Positions 1 to 11,064 of a stretch of DNA of 64,000 nt are shown piece after piece (the stretch's first letter is position 1; each line of letters begins with the position of its first letter). Source of the stretch: Gammaproteobacteria bacterium (GTDB lineage: Bacteria > Pseudomonadota > Gammaproteobacteria > Ga0077536); the NCBI GenBank assembly GCA_963662545.2, contig CAXXLL010000002.1:1536001-1600000 (forward strand), in the 5' to 3' direction. A program made the translations under genes and the position numbers. The notes beneath the pieces are model-generated. The model was not told the origin of the DNA and did not search any database. It saw nothing but the letters and a program-made list of their open reading frames with translations.

Positions 1-548
1 ACCTCGACGAATTCCATCTCGGCGGCAATTCGATGGGGGGCTATCTTGCGGCTATGTTTGCCGCACGGCATCCGGGCAAAATCAAAAGCCTCTGGTTGCT
101 GGCACCCGCCGGCGTGCTGTCAGCCGAACCCAGTGAAATGCAGGAAATGTTCGAGCACGGAGACAATCCGCTGCTGGTCGACGGCGCCCGGGCTTTCGAT
201 GATCTGGCGGATCTCGCGTTCACCGTCCAACCACCCATGCCGGCACAGTTCAAACGCCCACTGATCAAACGTGCGGTAGCGGAAGCCCCCTTCAACGCTA
301 AGATTTTTTCAGAGATGTTTACCGATCCAGTCGGCCTCGAACCCGAGCTCGAAGGTTGCGACGTGCGTTCGCTGATCGTTTGGGGCGATCAGGATCGGCT
401 TTTGCATTCAAGCGGTGCGGAGATCCTGCACCGCCTGTTGTCCAGCAGCGAGTGTCGCGTCATGTCGCTAATGGGGCATGTGCCGATGGTCGAACGGCCG
501 GCGGAAACGGCCGCAGATTACCTGCGGTTCCAGGGCAAGCTGGGGTGA
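1..548 (+). CDS. alpha/beta-fold hydrolase (lipase/esterase-like), 5' end outside window
   Basis: Frame open from base 3 (LDEFHLGGNSMGG = GxSxG nucleophile elbow); WGDQD acid and GHVPM catalytic His; stop at 548. Confidence 0.85.
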   Translation, partial: LDEFHLGGNSMGGYLAAMFAARHPGKIKSLWLLAPAGVLSAEPSEMQEMFEHGDNPLLVDGARAFDDLADLAFTVQPPMPAQFKRPLIKRAVAEAPFNAKIFSEMFTDPVGLEPELEGCDVRSLIVWGDQDRLLHSSGAEILHRLLSSSECRVMSLMGHVPMVERPAETAADYLRFQGKLG

Positions 549-663
549 AACTGGCGCAACCTTCCTGGTAATGCCGGCATTTCACCAGGCGGCCCTGCTA
601 GTACGCCATGACACGGTATTAGGAGGTAAGATCGGCGCTATTGAACCAGTCGAGGAGGGGATC

Positions 664-1053
664 ATGCAGAATCGGCACGGGGAACTTTACGACATCACAA
701 TAAAATTTCTCGATGCGTTCAATCGCAACGACCTCGACGGCGTCATGTCATTCTTCACTGACGATGCAGTCTACGAAGAACTTCATGGCAAGGTAAATGA
801 AGGCAAACCCGCCATTCGAGAAGCGTTCGCACCACAGTTCGAGGGTGCGTTCGGTAAGATGGAGTTCATTGAAGACGATACCTTTATCGATGCCGATGCC
901 GGCAAGATCATGAGCAGTTGGGACCTGCATCTCGACATGGATGGTGTGCCATCCATTCTTAAGGGCCTCGACCTTCTACAGTTCGACGGTGACAAAATCA
1001 TTCGCAAACAAACCTTTGTCAAAGCGAAAGCGCCGCTGTATGAAGACCGTTGA
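664..1053 (+). CDS. SnoaL-like / NTF2-fold protein
   Basis: GAGGAGG RBS before ATG 664; FLDAFNRNDLDGVMSFFTDDAVY...G.D..F pattern typical of SnoaL_2. Confidence 0.8.
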   Translation: MQNRHGELYDITIKFLDAFNRNDLDGVMSFFTDDAVYEELHGKVNEGKPAIREAFAPQFEGAFGKMEFIEDDTFIDADAGKIMSSWDLHLDMDGVPSILKGLDLLQFDGDKIIRKQTFVKAKAPLYEDR

Positions 1054-1624
1054 ACCGTTTACACGTCATTAAATTCAACGGGTGGCGAGCGGCCGTCGTC
1101 ATCGATGCCGGTGAACTACCTCCTCGCAGTTTTGGACTTCGACGATCGATGAAAACGGAGACCGAACGGCTGCGCCGGGGGCGCTCCGCTGCCCGGTAAC
1201 CACCATGAGCGAAGAAAAACTCCGCAACGCGCTGCGCCCCGGACACAAGCTGCACTGGTACCAGATCGAAAAGGTCCTGGGGCAGGGCGGATTCGGTATC
1301 ACTTATCTGGCTTACGATGCGAATCTCGATCAGCATGTTGCGATCAAGGAATATCTGCCGATGGAACTCGCCGTTCGCGAAGGCGATTTTTCGGTTTATC
1401 CCGCTTCCGAGGCGCAGGACGAACGCTACAAGTGGGGACTGGATAGATTTTTAACCGAAGCGCGGACGCTCGCACGCTTCAAGCATTCAGCGATCGTCCG
1501 GGTCATGAGCGTATTCGAAGAGAACAATACCGCCTACATGGTCATGGAATACCAGCAGGGACAAAGCCTGCAGGAGTTGCTGGAACGCGAGCGGACCCTG
1601 ACTGAAAGCGAACTCATCGACCTA

Positions 1625-2769
1625 AATAGGTGTTCCAAAAACTCGATCAAATAAAAAGAACTCAGGTGACATTCAGAGATCAGAGGTTGTATCGAGCAAT
1701 CTACGTTCCCGAAAGAGGTCACCTGAGTATGGATAGTTTAGTGTCATTGACGCGCTCACAGAAACGTCGCTTTAAGCGGTTGATTCAACGCAGCGATAAC
1801 GGGCGGGTGGTTCGCCGCGCTCAAGTCCTGTTGCAGTTAGTTTCAGGCGTCTCACCGACGGCCGTGTCACGCAGTTTGTCGGTCGCGCGTTCAACGGTTT
1901 ATCGATGGGTCACGCAATTCCAGACCGCGGGTGAAGCCTTTCTCGAGGCGTGCGGCTCGGGCCGGCGGGCGTATACGGTGGATGACACCCTGTTGGAGAC
2001 GCTCGCCGAGTTAGTTGAGCAGCCGCCCAGTGATTATGGCTACCTGCGCAGTACGTGGACGAGCGAGATGCTGGCCGAGACGCTGAATTCGTTGCTGTCA
2101 CGGCCCATTCACGCCTCTACGGTACGTCGCTGGCTAGTTAATTTGGGATTCGGCTGGCGTCGTGCTCGTCCGACCTTACATCTGCGCGACCCACGGGCAG
2201 CCACGCGCCTGAAAGCCATTCATCGTGCGTTGTCTCGAGCCCCATCGGGGCATGAAGTGTTTTACGCCGATGAGGTCGATATCGACCTCAATCCCAAAAT
2301 CGGTTTCCTTTGGTCTACTCAAGGTTGTCAACGTGCCATCCCCACGCCTGGGCAAAACCGGAAACGCTATCTGGCGGGCGCGCTGCACGCACGAACCGGT
2401 CGCGTTGCGTATGTCGAGGGCACACGGAAAAACAGCGACCTATTCCTTTGCCTGCTCGACCACCTGCGGCAAACTTACCGCGCCGCGCGTCGAATTATCT
2501 TGATCGTGGATAACTACATCATCCACAAATGTCGCTTGGCACACGTCTGGCTAAAGCACAATCCGAAATTCCGATTGCTGTTCCAGCCGGCCTATCAGCC
2601 CTGGGTCAATGACATTGAGAAACTCTGGAAACAGTTGCACGACAATGTCACCCGGAATCATCGTTACTCGACCATCGACCGTCTGATGGACGCAGTACGT
2701 GCCTTCATGCGTGCGGCAAGTCCATTCCCGGGAAACTGCCCGAGTGTCGCAAGATTTGGATCACCTATT
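1625..2769 (+). mobile_element. IS630-family insertion sequence
   Basis: Inverted ends AATAGGTGTTCCAAA / TTTGGATCACCTATT; TA duplication (1623-1624, 2770-2771) at a CTAG target. Confidence 0.93.
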
Positions 2770-2772
2770 TAG
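1729..2772 (+). CDS. IS630-family transposase
   Basis: HTH (VARSTVYRW), winged HTH (STWTSEMLA), DDE motifs YADEVD, IVDNY.IH, NDIEKLW; stop TAG completed by the target TA+G. Confidence 0.93.
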   Translation: MDSLVSLTRSQKRRFKRLIQRSDNGRVVRRAQVLLQLVSGVSPTAVSRSLSVARSTVYRWVTQFQTAGEAFLEACGSGRRAYTVDDTLLETLAELVEQPPSDYGYLRSTWTSEMLAETLNSLLSRPIHASTVRRWLVNLGFGWRRARPTLHLRDPRAATRLKAIHRALSRAPSGHEVFYADEVDIDLNPKIGFLWSTQGCQRAIPTPGQNRKRYLAGALHARTGRVAYVEGTRKNSDLFLCLLDHLRQTYRAARRIILIVDNYIIHKCRLAHVWLKHNPKFRLLFQPAYQPWVNDIEKLWKQLHDNVTRNHRYSTIDRLMDAVRAFMRAASPFPGNCPSVARFGSPI

Positions 2773-5487
2773 TCAAGCCGATGCTGGACGGCTTGGAAAC
2801 GATCCATAGCCAAGGTTTTATTCACCGCGATATCAAGCCCTCGAATATTTACATTCATGACGACGGTCAACCCGTGCTGCTGGATTTCGGTTCAGCGCGC
2901 CAGGCGCTAGGCGAACACACGCAAACGCTGACCAGCGTCGTGTCACCGGGATATGCGCCATTCGAGCAGTATTACTCGAGGAGCGATCGACAAGGTCCGT
3001 GGACGGATATCTATGGGCTGGGCGCAACGCTTTACCGATGTATTACCGGCCTGCAGCCGATGGCCGCCATCGACCGCAGCGAAGCCATTCTCAAGGCCGA
3101 GCGGGACGTCTTCGTAGCGGCTTCGGAAATCGGGGCCGGAAAGTACTCCCATGCATTTCTTGCCGCGGTCGATCACGCCCTCCAATTCAACGAGAAGAAA
3201 CGTCCTCAGACGATAGCCGAGTGGCGTCAGCAATTCGATTTCTCACCCAGCGGTGAGGTCGAACCGCGCGACAGCCTTAACACGACCTACCCCGATCACG
3301 CGACGACCCGATTCAGCGAAGTCCTCGACGATACCTTCGACATCACGACCGGAGCCCTGTTCGATTCTGAGGTGCGCGACACCGAGCCGCAGAGCCGCCC
3401 GTCCACGCGTTCAAAACCGCATAGCGCTCCGTCCGGCCCGTCATTACCATCGGATACGACACCACGTTCGGCACGCCGGACACGCCAGGAAAAACCGGCA
3501 AGCGCCCCGCTGACGGCGACGATCTTCGACGCGGCCAAGCGCCGACTTTGGCCAATAACGTTCTTAATCTTGGTGGTCACGGCGGCGGCCTGGTATTTTC
3601 GCGACTCGGGATTCATTCCTCAGCTTGTGTTGACTTCCAAGAGCGGGCAGGAAGCGCGGCGCTTGATCGAGCAGGGCGATCGGGCGCTTGCCGCGGGACA
3701 GGTATTTGAACCCTTTGATAACAGCGCGCTCGCCTTCTACGTTGCGGCGTATGCCGCCAGTTCGAAGGACCCGGCGGTCCGTCACGGCTTGACCATAGCG
3801 GGTGAGAGCCTGGTTAGCGCGCTTGAAGAAGCGATCGTGATCGATGACATAGGGCGGGCCGAAGCCCTCGGCAAAACACTTCTTACGATCCCGGGTGAGG
3901 TATTCGATCCAACAGCGGCGCAGACCGCGCTCGCAAGCGCCCGGGGGCGATGGGCGGAATACAGCAGGAGGTCTGAAAGAATAGAGGGTTTTTTGAATGC
4001 GGCCGTACAAGACCTCGAACGTGGGCGTCTGTTGGGCCCCGGCACGGACAATGCATTGGCTAAATACCGTGCGGTGCAAATCCTTGAACCCGAGCACCAA
4101 GGAGCGGCTAAAGGACTGCTGGATTTAGGCGTGCGGGTCGCGGCGCTCGGCAGTAAAGCACTCGATGGAGGTAAGGCGGATGAAGCAGGAAAATGGCTGG
4201 CGCAGGCGCGCATGCTGAATCCGCAGGCACCGGAGGTGGCCGCACTCGAGTCCGGGTTGTCCAAGCTTAGGTCGAAGGAAACGGCCACGGAGGTGCGCCA
4301 GTCCGAGATCAACCAGTTGTTGCAGACCGCAATCACCGACGTCGCCGCCAATCGCTTATCGAGTCCCGCGGGCAAGAACGCACTGGAGCGTTATCGGCGC
4401 GTACTCGAACTCGAACCGGGCCATCCCGTTGCGCTAGCTGGTATCGAAGACATACGTGATCGATACATCGCGCAGGCGACGACCGCCCTGCGGAACGAAG
4501 ATTTCGAACGGGCCGCTGCCAATCTCGCCAAGGCGCGCAAGGTACAACCCGGGTCGCCGAAGGTGCGCGCGCTCGAACAGGATATCGCGGCGACGCGCGA
4601 GCGGATGGACCGCGACGAAGCCGCACGTCTCGCCGCCGAGGCCGAACAACGAATCGACCAGGAGGCACGTTTGCGCGCGGAGGCCGAACGAGTACGCATG
4701 GAGGCCGAGCGCAATCGCAAGCAGCGCCAGGAGGCGGAAGCCATGCGCCTGCTGGCGGAAGCGGAGCGCAAGGCGGCCGGGGAAAAGGCGCGGGCGGAAT
4801 CCCAGGAAAAGATCGATGCCGAATTGGCGCGGCCGCGGATCGTGGTCGATTTTTACGGTTTTCACCCGAAATTCAGCCGCTATGCTCTGACGCCGGAACG
4901 GGTCATGCACGAGGTCGAACCGATGCTCACCAACGCGGGCTACGAAATCGTCAAGCGCCACGACGTGCACGATGTGGGCCGCGCCTGGAGCAACGTAAAG
5001 CTTCTCGTCTTCAAGCTCTACGTCAACGAAAATACGGCGACGGGGCTTTATTCGTACATCGGATCGGTTAACTTTTTCCGGGATGAGGCAGTTCTGTTGG
5101 GCCTGCGGGAGGCGATCGACACCAAAGCGCTGTGGACCCGAGGTCAAAATGGATTGGGTCCGCCGACGGATTTGCAATATCTAGTCGACCGGTTCGCGAC
5201 CTTGACCCAGGATTTTCTGAGGGATTCCAAACGCTGGCGTAAATAGCGGGTGAAGTGAAGTGATAATGGTCGCTAAATAGGTTTAAAATGAACCACATAG
5301 GTGAAATACGATAGATTATTATGTGGTCCAACAGAAAAAGGGGCCGCGGCGAATAGGTTTTGGAGCGGTAATTTCCGCCAAAAACGGCGTGCCGATTGAA
5401 CCAATGGCCCGATTCGCGTTACAAACCGGACAGAGGGTGTAGTGTGTGCGGCGAGCCTGACGCGTGACCGGGGCTCCAGCGCCACGA

Positions 5488-6087
5488 ATGATGAATAAGC
5501 AAAAAGCAGAAAAACCGGAATCGGGATCGGACCACGATCTCCTGAGATTACGCTCGCTTTACAGCGGAGGCGGTCAGTTCGAATCCCTGTATCGCGAGTT
5601 CTATCCGCGCTTGTTCGAGTTCATCGTGCGCATACTCGGCCAACCGGACGGTGTTGAGGAAACGATCAACGACACGATGTTGGTGGTCTGGAACAAGGCC
5701 GACGAATTTCGCGGTCAATCCAAGGTTTCGACGTGGATTTTCGGTATCGCCTACAGAAAGGCGCTCAAGCGACTCAAGGCGAACAAACGCGTGGCCGAGA
5801 GAGAGTTACAGCGGGATGCAGAAATGGTGGACACACGTGATCCGGCTGACATCGTCGGACACGGGAAATCCTTGGAGCGAATCCGCGCCGCGGTTGGAAG
5901 CCTGCCGCCGGCGCAGCGTAGTGTCGTACATCTGGCCTTTTTTTATGGTTACAGCTATTCGGAAATCGCCAAGATCGTGGATTGTCCGGTCAACACGGTA
6001 AAAACGCGGATGTTCTATGCGCGGGAACGCCTCCGTCCGGTACTCGATCAGGCGAAGAACAAGGAGATTTCCGGTGAAGATCGGTAA
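5488..6087 (+). CDS. ECF RNA polymerase sigma factor
   Basis: Region 2 (VEETINDTMLVVW...STWIFGIAYR) and region 4 (YSEIAKIVDCPVNTVKTRMFYAR). Confidence 0.92.
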   Translation: MMNKQKAEKPESGSDHDLLRLRSLYSGGGQFESLYREFYPRLFEFIVRILGQPDGVEETINDTMLVVWNKADEFRGQSKVSTWIFGIAYRKALKRLKANKRVAERELQRDAEMVDTRDPADIVGHGKSLERIRAAVGSLPPAQRSVVHLAFFYGYSYSEIAKIVDCPVNTVKTRMFYARERLRPVLDQAKNKEISGEDR

Positions 6088-6772
6088 TCAAGACATCATG
6101 CATCCAGCGCACGATCGCGTTTGGGAAATGCTGCCCTGGTACTACAACGATACCCTCGATCCCTCCAGGCGCGGCGAAGTCGAAACGCATCTTGGCGAGT
6201 GCCTTGTCTGCGGGCGTGAGATCCGTCGTCTCGAGCGTTTGTTCGAGGCGGTTGCGGCGCCGGCCGAGGAACATGCCTGCGCGCAGGCGTATTTACGCCT
6301 GTCCGATCGGATCCATGCCGGGAACCGGGTGCCGCAGATGTGGACCGGCAAGCTGTTGGCTGGACTCAGAACGATTTTTGAACCGGCGCCGTTCATCGCC
6401 GGGGCGTCGGTGCTCGTCGTCTCTTCTATTCTGGTTGCGGTGATCGTGGTTAGCGGTGACGCCAAGCTGGCCGCTGTCGAGCAACCATTTCAGACGCTCG
6501 GCCACCAGGAGAAAGTGTCGGCACCATTGTCCCACCCATTGTTTCGCATCGTTCTCGAGGGCGAGCCGAATGCGGCCGGACTTGATGACTGGCTTAAACG
6601 ACACGACGCGGAATTGATCAATGGCCCATCGGTAATCGGCGTCTTGACCGTGAAAATCGCGATGGGAAGGCGCAGTTTCGAAACCGTGCTTAACGAGATG
6701 CGAGCAGACGGTGAAACCATTTTCGTCGAACCCGTAGACCTCATAGGGGCGCGCCCGGACAGACGACGGTGA
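6074..6772 (+). CDS. zinc-finger (ZAS, zf-HC2) transmembrane anti-sigma factor
   Basis: AAGGAG RBS + GTG 6074; HLGECLVC (HxxxCxxC); one TM helix; overlaps the ECF stop. Confidence 0.85.
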   Translation: MKIGNQDIMHPAHDRVWEMLPWYYNDTLDPSRRGEVETHLGECLVCGREIRRLERLFEAVAAPAEEHACAQAYLRLSDRIHAGNRVPQMWTGKLLAGLRTIFEPAPFIAGASVLVVSSILVAVIVVSGDAKLAAVEQPFQTLGHQEKVSAPLSHPLFRIVLEGEPNAAGLDDWLKRHDAELINGPSVIGVLTVKIAMGRRSFETVLNEMRADGETIFVEPVDLIGARPDRRR

Positions 6773-7896
6773 CGAAAAGCATCAGGCTGATCTGCGCAGC
6801 GCTCGCGCTCGCATCGGCTACGATAGTGAGCCACGGCGCCGAACCCGATTCTTCGCCTACCGGACCGAGCATCCGGCTTCACTCGGAAGCGGATAAACTA
6901 CAACAGATCCTCGTCGTGCTCGATGAAACCGTCGAGCGGTCATTTTGGTTGTCCACGGAACTGGAAGAGTCCTACGGCATTACGCTCGTTGACAGCCGCC
7001 CCCTTGAATCGCTCGGCGTGCATTGCGCCGTTTACTCGCTGGCGGGCGGACAGGATCGGGACGCGCTCATCACTCAATTGAACGCCGATCCCAGAATCTG
7101 GCGGGCGCAGCCGGTGTTGGTGCACAGGGTGGCTGGCATGCCAGCCAAAGATCCGTATTTCGATGTGCAAATGCGCACGCGTTCGGGCGGCGTCATCGCG
7201 GTCCTACAGCGCGGTACCGGCCGCAACGTACGCATTGCCGTTATCGATACCGGCGTCGACTCGGATCATCCCGACCTCGTCGGGCAGATCGCAGAAAGCC
7301 GCAATTTCGTCGGCGGCGACAACGCCGCTATTCCCGCCGAATTCCATGGTACCGCTGTGGCCGGTTTAATTGTGGCGAATGCGGGCAACGGCGTCGGCAT
7401 ACACGGTCTCGCGCCGCACGCGGAGTTGTATGCGCTACGCGCATGCTGGGAACCGCGTTACGGTTTCGGCCTCTGCAGCACCTACACCTTGGCCCAGGCG
7501 CTCGACTACGCGATTGAGGTCCGCGCGCGCATCATCAACCTCAGCCTCGCCGGGCCCGACGATCCCCTGCTTACGGAATTGGTCACCCGCGCGATCGAGT
7601 TGGGTGCCATCGTCTTCGGTGCCGTCGGCGAAGAAAAGACACAAAGCTTTCCGGCTTCGATCGCCGCCGTGATAGCGGTCGATCAGGGCCGCGCCAGCGA
7701 CATTGAAATTCCGGGGCCGCGCCTAACGGTACCCGGGCAGCAACTGCTTACGACGGTGTCCGACGGTCGATACGATTTCGTTTCCGGTTCGTCGTTCGCG
7801 ACCGCGCATGCCAGCGGCGTAGCCGCGGTGTTGCTCGAGGAGCAACCCCACCTAAAGGCGCAGCAGTTGGCCGAGTGGCTGCACCGGCTCCTCTGA
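6769..7896 (+). CDS. secreted S8 (subtilisin-like) serine peptidase
   Basis: Signal peptide; triad motifs IDTG, FHGTAVAG, SGSSFAT; GTGA overlap with the anti-sigma gene. Confidence 0.9.
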   Translation: MTKSIRLICAALALASATIVSHGAEPDSSPTGPSIRLHSEADKLQQILVVLDETVERSFWLSTELEESYGITLVDSRPLESLGVHCAVYSLAGGQDRDALITQLNADPRIWRAQPVLVHRVAGMPAKDPYFDVQMRTRSGGVIAVLQRGTGRNVRIAVIDTGVDSDHPDLVGQIAESRNFVGGDNAAIPAEFHGTAVAGLIVANAGNGVGIHGLAPHAELYALRACWEPRYGFGLCSTYTLAQALDYAIEVRARIINLSLAGPDDPLLTELVTRAIELGAIVFGAVGEEKTQSFPASIAAVIAVDQGRASDIEIPGPRLTVPGQQLLTTVSDGRYDFVSGSSFATAHASGVAAVLLEEQPHLKAQQLAEWLHRLL

Positions 7897-7942
7897 AACT
7901 CTGCGGCAAGCCTGACTTTATTACGTCACAGGCATGGCGCTT

Positions 7943-8788
7943 TCATGGCATGTCGCTGCGGGTTAGCGACCACTGCTCACCGTTCACCGACGCACGCTGT
8001 TCCGCTTCGAGTTTCAAAAGGTGCGCGTGCAAGGACTTCGCGGCCCATGGATGCAGGCTTTTATCGACGTCGTTGTAGACCACCGGTGTCAACGCTCCGA
8101 TATCAGCCTCGCTCAGGCGTTCAAGCGCATCGATGACTTTCTGCTCGCGTTTGAGACGGTGTGCGATGAGGTAGCGGATTTCACCGTGCGGGTCACTGAT
8201 CAAATCACCGTGACCAGGGGCGATGAATTCGACATCGTATTCGAGCATGCGCTCTAGAGACGCCATGTAGTGTGTCATATTGCCGGCCGGCGGGACGATG
8301 ACGACGGTCGATCCGCCCATGATGTGGTCGCCGGTCATCACGATCCGATCCTCCTCCAGCAGGTAGCATACGTGGTTGCTGACATGGCCGGGGGTAAGCA
8401 GGGCGCGTAGGGTAAATTCCGTTGTCTCCAATCGCTCGTCCTGCGCGACGGCCCGCGCTCCTGAGAAGCTCGTATCCTGATAGCCGTCGTTCTCGATGAC
8501 ATTACCGATGAGTTCCGCACCGGTGCGATCGGCGATCGCGCGCGCGGCGGGTGAATGGTCGCGGTGCGTATGGGTGACGAGTATCCACTTGAGCCTCTTG
8601 CCGAACAACTTGACGATGGCATCGATGTGTTCGTCGATAGCGGGCCCGGGATCGACCAGCGCGAGTTCTTCGTGACCAACAATGTAGCTGTTGGTACCGG
8701 GGCCGGTCATCTTGCCGCCATTCGGCGCGGTGATTCGCCGCAACCTGGGCGACAGGGCGACCGCGCTTCCATAGCTTATTTCAGGCAT
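7943..8788 (-). CDS. MBL-fold metallo-hydrolase (LACTB2-like)
   Basis: MTGPGTNSY, THTHRDH, TPGH, PGHG motifs; C-terminal winged helix. Confidence 0.88.
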   Translation of the reverse strand: MPEISYGSAVALSPRLRRITAPNGGKMTGPGTNSYIVGHEELALVDPGPAIDEHIDAIVKLFGKRLKWILVTHTHRDHSPAARAIADRTGAELIGNVIENDGYQDTSFSGARAVAQDERLETTEFTLRALLTPGHVSNHVCYLLEEDRIVMTGDHIMGGSTVVIVPPAGNMTHYMASLERMLEYDVEFIAPGHGDLISDPHGEIRYLIAHRLKREQKVIDALERLSEADIGALTPVVYNDVDKSLHPWAAKSLHAHLLKLEAEQRASVNGEQWSLTRSDMP

Positions 8789-10295
8789 GCGGGTTTCCTG
8801 CTTGATGCGGGGCGCGCCGTTCGCGCCACGGCATGGCTTGTTCGAGTTGGGCGGCGAGGCGGATCAACACGGCTTCCTCGTATATTTTCGCGGTAAACAT
8901 CATGCCCACGGGCAGTCCGTCTACGCTCCAGTGCAGCGGCAGTGAGATTGAGGGTTCACCTGTGAGGTTCGCGAGCGGCGTTGAGACGACAAAGCGAAAA
9001 CTGATTTCCGCAAGCTGTTCCAGCGCTTTGCCGAACTTGGCAATCGGTCCGAGCGGAATGACGCTCGATATTTTCGCGCGGACGTAATCTGTTCCAGTTG
9101 CCTTGAAAACGCCAAGCGGTGCCGGCGGCGTCGCCAGGGTCGGGGTTAGCAGGACGTCGAAGTCCTCCATGAAGCGGCCGATCGTGCGAACCTGTGTCTC
9201 GATGACTTGGTTGGCGATGGTCAGGTCGACGGCATTGAAGCTGCGACCGAGATTGGCAAGAACGCGGGTTTCCAATTCGAAATCACGGGCTGTTGGATTA
9301 CGCCCAAGTTTGGCCTTTGCGCTGGCGATCTCGGCGCCGGTACAGGCTGCAACTCGCAGGAGGAAGGCGCTCGCCAAGGACATTTTATCGATCGGGGGGA
9401 CTGCTTCGGTAACCTCATGGCCGAGCTTTTCCAGGGCGGCGCAGGTGGCATCGAGACCGGTGAGGCATTCCGCATGGATCGGCGCCTCACACAGCAGCGC
9501 TTCGTGGCAGACCGCAATGTGCAACCGTCCGGTGTCACGGCTCGTTTCGTCAAGAAAGGGCCCGGGCGCAGGCGGTGCCGAGTACAGATTGCCGGGATCT
9601 CCGCCAGTGGTCGCATCGAGCATCGCTGCGGTATCGCGTACGGTGCGCGTGATCACGCCTTGTTGAACCTGGCCGTACCAGCCCTCTCCCATAATCGGTC
9701 CCGCCGGATTTCGTCCGCGCGAGGGTTTCAAACCAACTAGCCCATTGCAGGACGCCGGTATGCGAATCGATCCGCCGCCGTCACTCGCACCCGCCATCGG
9801 CACGACGCCGGCTGCAATCGCCGCGCCGGCGCCGCCGCTGGATCCTCCGGACGTGCGAGTCAGGTCCCAGGGGTTTAGAGTCGGGCCGAACAGTTCAGGC
9901 TCGGTCGTGCCGACGAGGCCTAGTTCGGGCGTATTGGTCTTGCCGAACGCGACCAGTCCCGCGCGGCGAAAGCGGGTGACGATTTCCGCATCATAATCGG
10001 GCACGTAGTCCTTGAAATAACGCGAACCGGTGCGCATGGGAACCCCGGCCCAGGCCTGGCCCAGGTCCTTCAATAGAAACGGCACGCCGGTAAAAGCACC
10101 GGTGGGCAAGTCGGTCGCCACGGCGTCCCTAGCCAGGTCGTACATATCGTGGATGACCGCGTTGATTTCGGGATTGATGCTTTCGCATCGTGCGATAGCC
10201 TCCTCCAGTAATTCGGCCGGCGATACCGCGCCGCTGTGCACGAGTTCGGCGAGGCCGAGCGCATCGTGGTCGTCGTATTCCTTGAATCCGCTCAT
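8781..10295 (-). CDS. amidase (amidase-signature family)
   Basis: [33 protein letters not shown]. Confidence 0.92.
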   Translation of the reverse strand: MSGFKEYDDHDALGLAELVHSGAVSPAELLEEAIARCESINPEINAVIHDMYDLARDAVATDLPTGAFTGVPFLLKDLGQAWAGVPMRTGSRYFKDYVPDYDAEIVTRFRRAGLVAFGKTNTPELGLVGTTEPELFGPTLNPWDLTRTSGGSSGGAGAAIAAGVVPMAGASDGGGSIRIPASCNGLVGLKPSRGRNPAGPIMGEGWYGQVQQGVITRTVRDTAAMLDATTGGDPGNLYSAPPAPGPFLDETSRDTGRLHIAVCHEALLCEAPIHAECLTGLDATCAALEKLGHEVTEAVPPIDKMSLASAFLLRVAACTGAEIASAKAKLGRNPTARDFELETRVLANLGRSFNAVDLTIANQVIETQVRTIGRFMEDFDVLLTPTLATPPAPLGVFKATGTDYVRAKISSVIPLGPIAKFGKALEQLAEISFRFVVSTPLANLTGEPSISLPLHWSVDGLPVGMMFTAKIYEEAVLIRLAAQLEQAMPWRERRAPHQAGNPHA

Positions 10296-10521
10296 GATGC
10301 AGTGGAAAGGCGCATAGTCCGCACAGGCTTGCTCGTTGGCAGGGCCGCCTAATTTCCCACCAATCCGACACTAAAGAAAGCGCGGTGAAGGCCAATCCTA
10401 CTCGCCGATGCGCCTATGTGCTAGATTCCGCGCTAACCGGAATCGCGGTGGGCGCCGTGTCGCGGGCAGCCGCGGAAAGAATTCAGTTTGGACAGCATAG
10501 ACAACGTTAGAGGTCAGCAAC

Positions 10522-10953
10522 ATGAATGCAGCAGTTTTGGAAGAACGCGGTGTGCAAGTCGCCAAGGGGATGGCCAGCGTGCAGGATTGGCTCAAGTGCA
10601 CCGATGAAATTTCCATGAAGGTTTTGTCGGTCGATGAAGCGCGGCACTCCGTTGAATTCCTGTTCAAGATCGCGGCCGGCTACACGTCGCTCCGGCACAA
10701 GCATACCTGCGAGACGCATGTGTTGGTGATACAGGGCAAGGTCGTCAATAAAACGACCGGGTGCACCTTCGGCCCGGGCGATTACTGCTACCAGGGCTAT
10801 AACGATGAGCACGTCGAGGAATTTCCGGAAGAAACCATCGTCTATGGCAGCTACCGCGGCGATAGCGAGAAGCTCGTTGAGTTCTACGACGAGAAAGGTG
10901 AAGTTTGCGGCGAGTTCAAGGTTTTGGATTTTGCCGCGGGTCTTGCAAAGTAG
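10522..10953 (+). CDS. cupin-domain protein (ChrR-like / DAD dioxygenase-like)
   Basis: HKHTCETHVLVIQG and GDYCY...H cupin metal motifs. Confidence 0.7.
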   Translation: MNAAVLEERGVQVAKGMASVQDWLKCTDEISMKVLSVDEARHSVEFLFKIAAGYTSLRHKHTCETHVLVIQGKVVNKTTGCTFGPGDYCYQGYNDEHVEEFPEETIVYGSYRGDSEKLVEFYDEKGEVCGEFKVLDFAAGLAK

Positions 10954-11064
10954 CCGGAAACTTCTTTCTCCGGTAAGACGATTCTTGACACCCTAGTCCG
11001 GCCGTTTGTTTCAGCCCGCTTGCGCGCGAGCTTGCTGCGCATACATGCTCGGCCGATCACCAAA

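Larger units (their letters stand above)
1205..5246 (+). pseudogene. membrane-anchored Hanks-type Ser/Thr kinase with TPR-like repeats and coiled coil, interrupted by IS630
   Basis: N part: LGQGGFGITY, VAIKE. C part: HRDIKPSN, DFG, GYAPFEQ, TM segment LWPITFLILVVTAAAWYF. Removing 1625-2771 rejoins ...ELIDL/VKPMLDG... in frame (964 aa). Confidence 0.9.

Noticed and set aside
4590-4830. E/A/R-rich repeats in the kinase tail as a tandem DNA repeat
   Set aside because: Ordinary coiled-coil coding sequence.
5273-5282. CTAAATAGGT identical to the start of the IS630 end
   Set aside because: Only 10 bp with no partner end; may be chance in an AT-rich patch.
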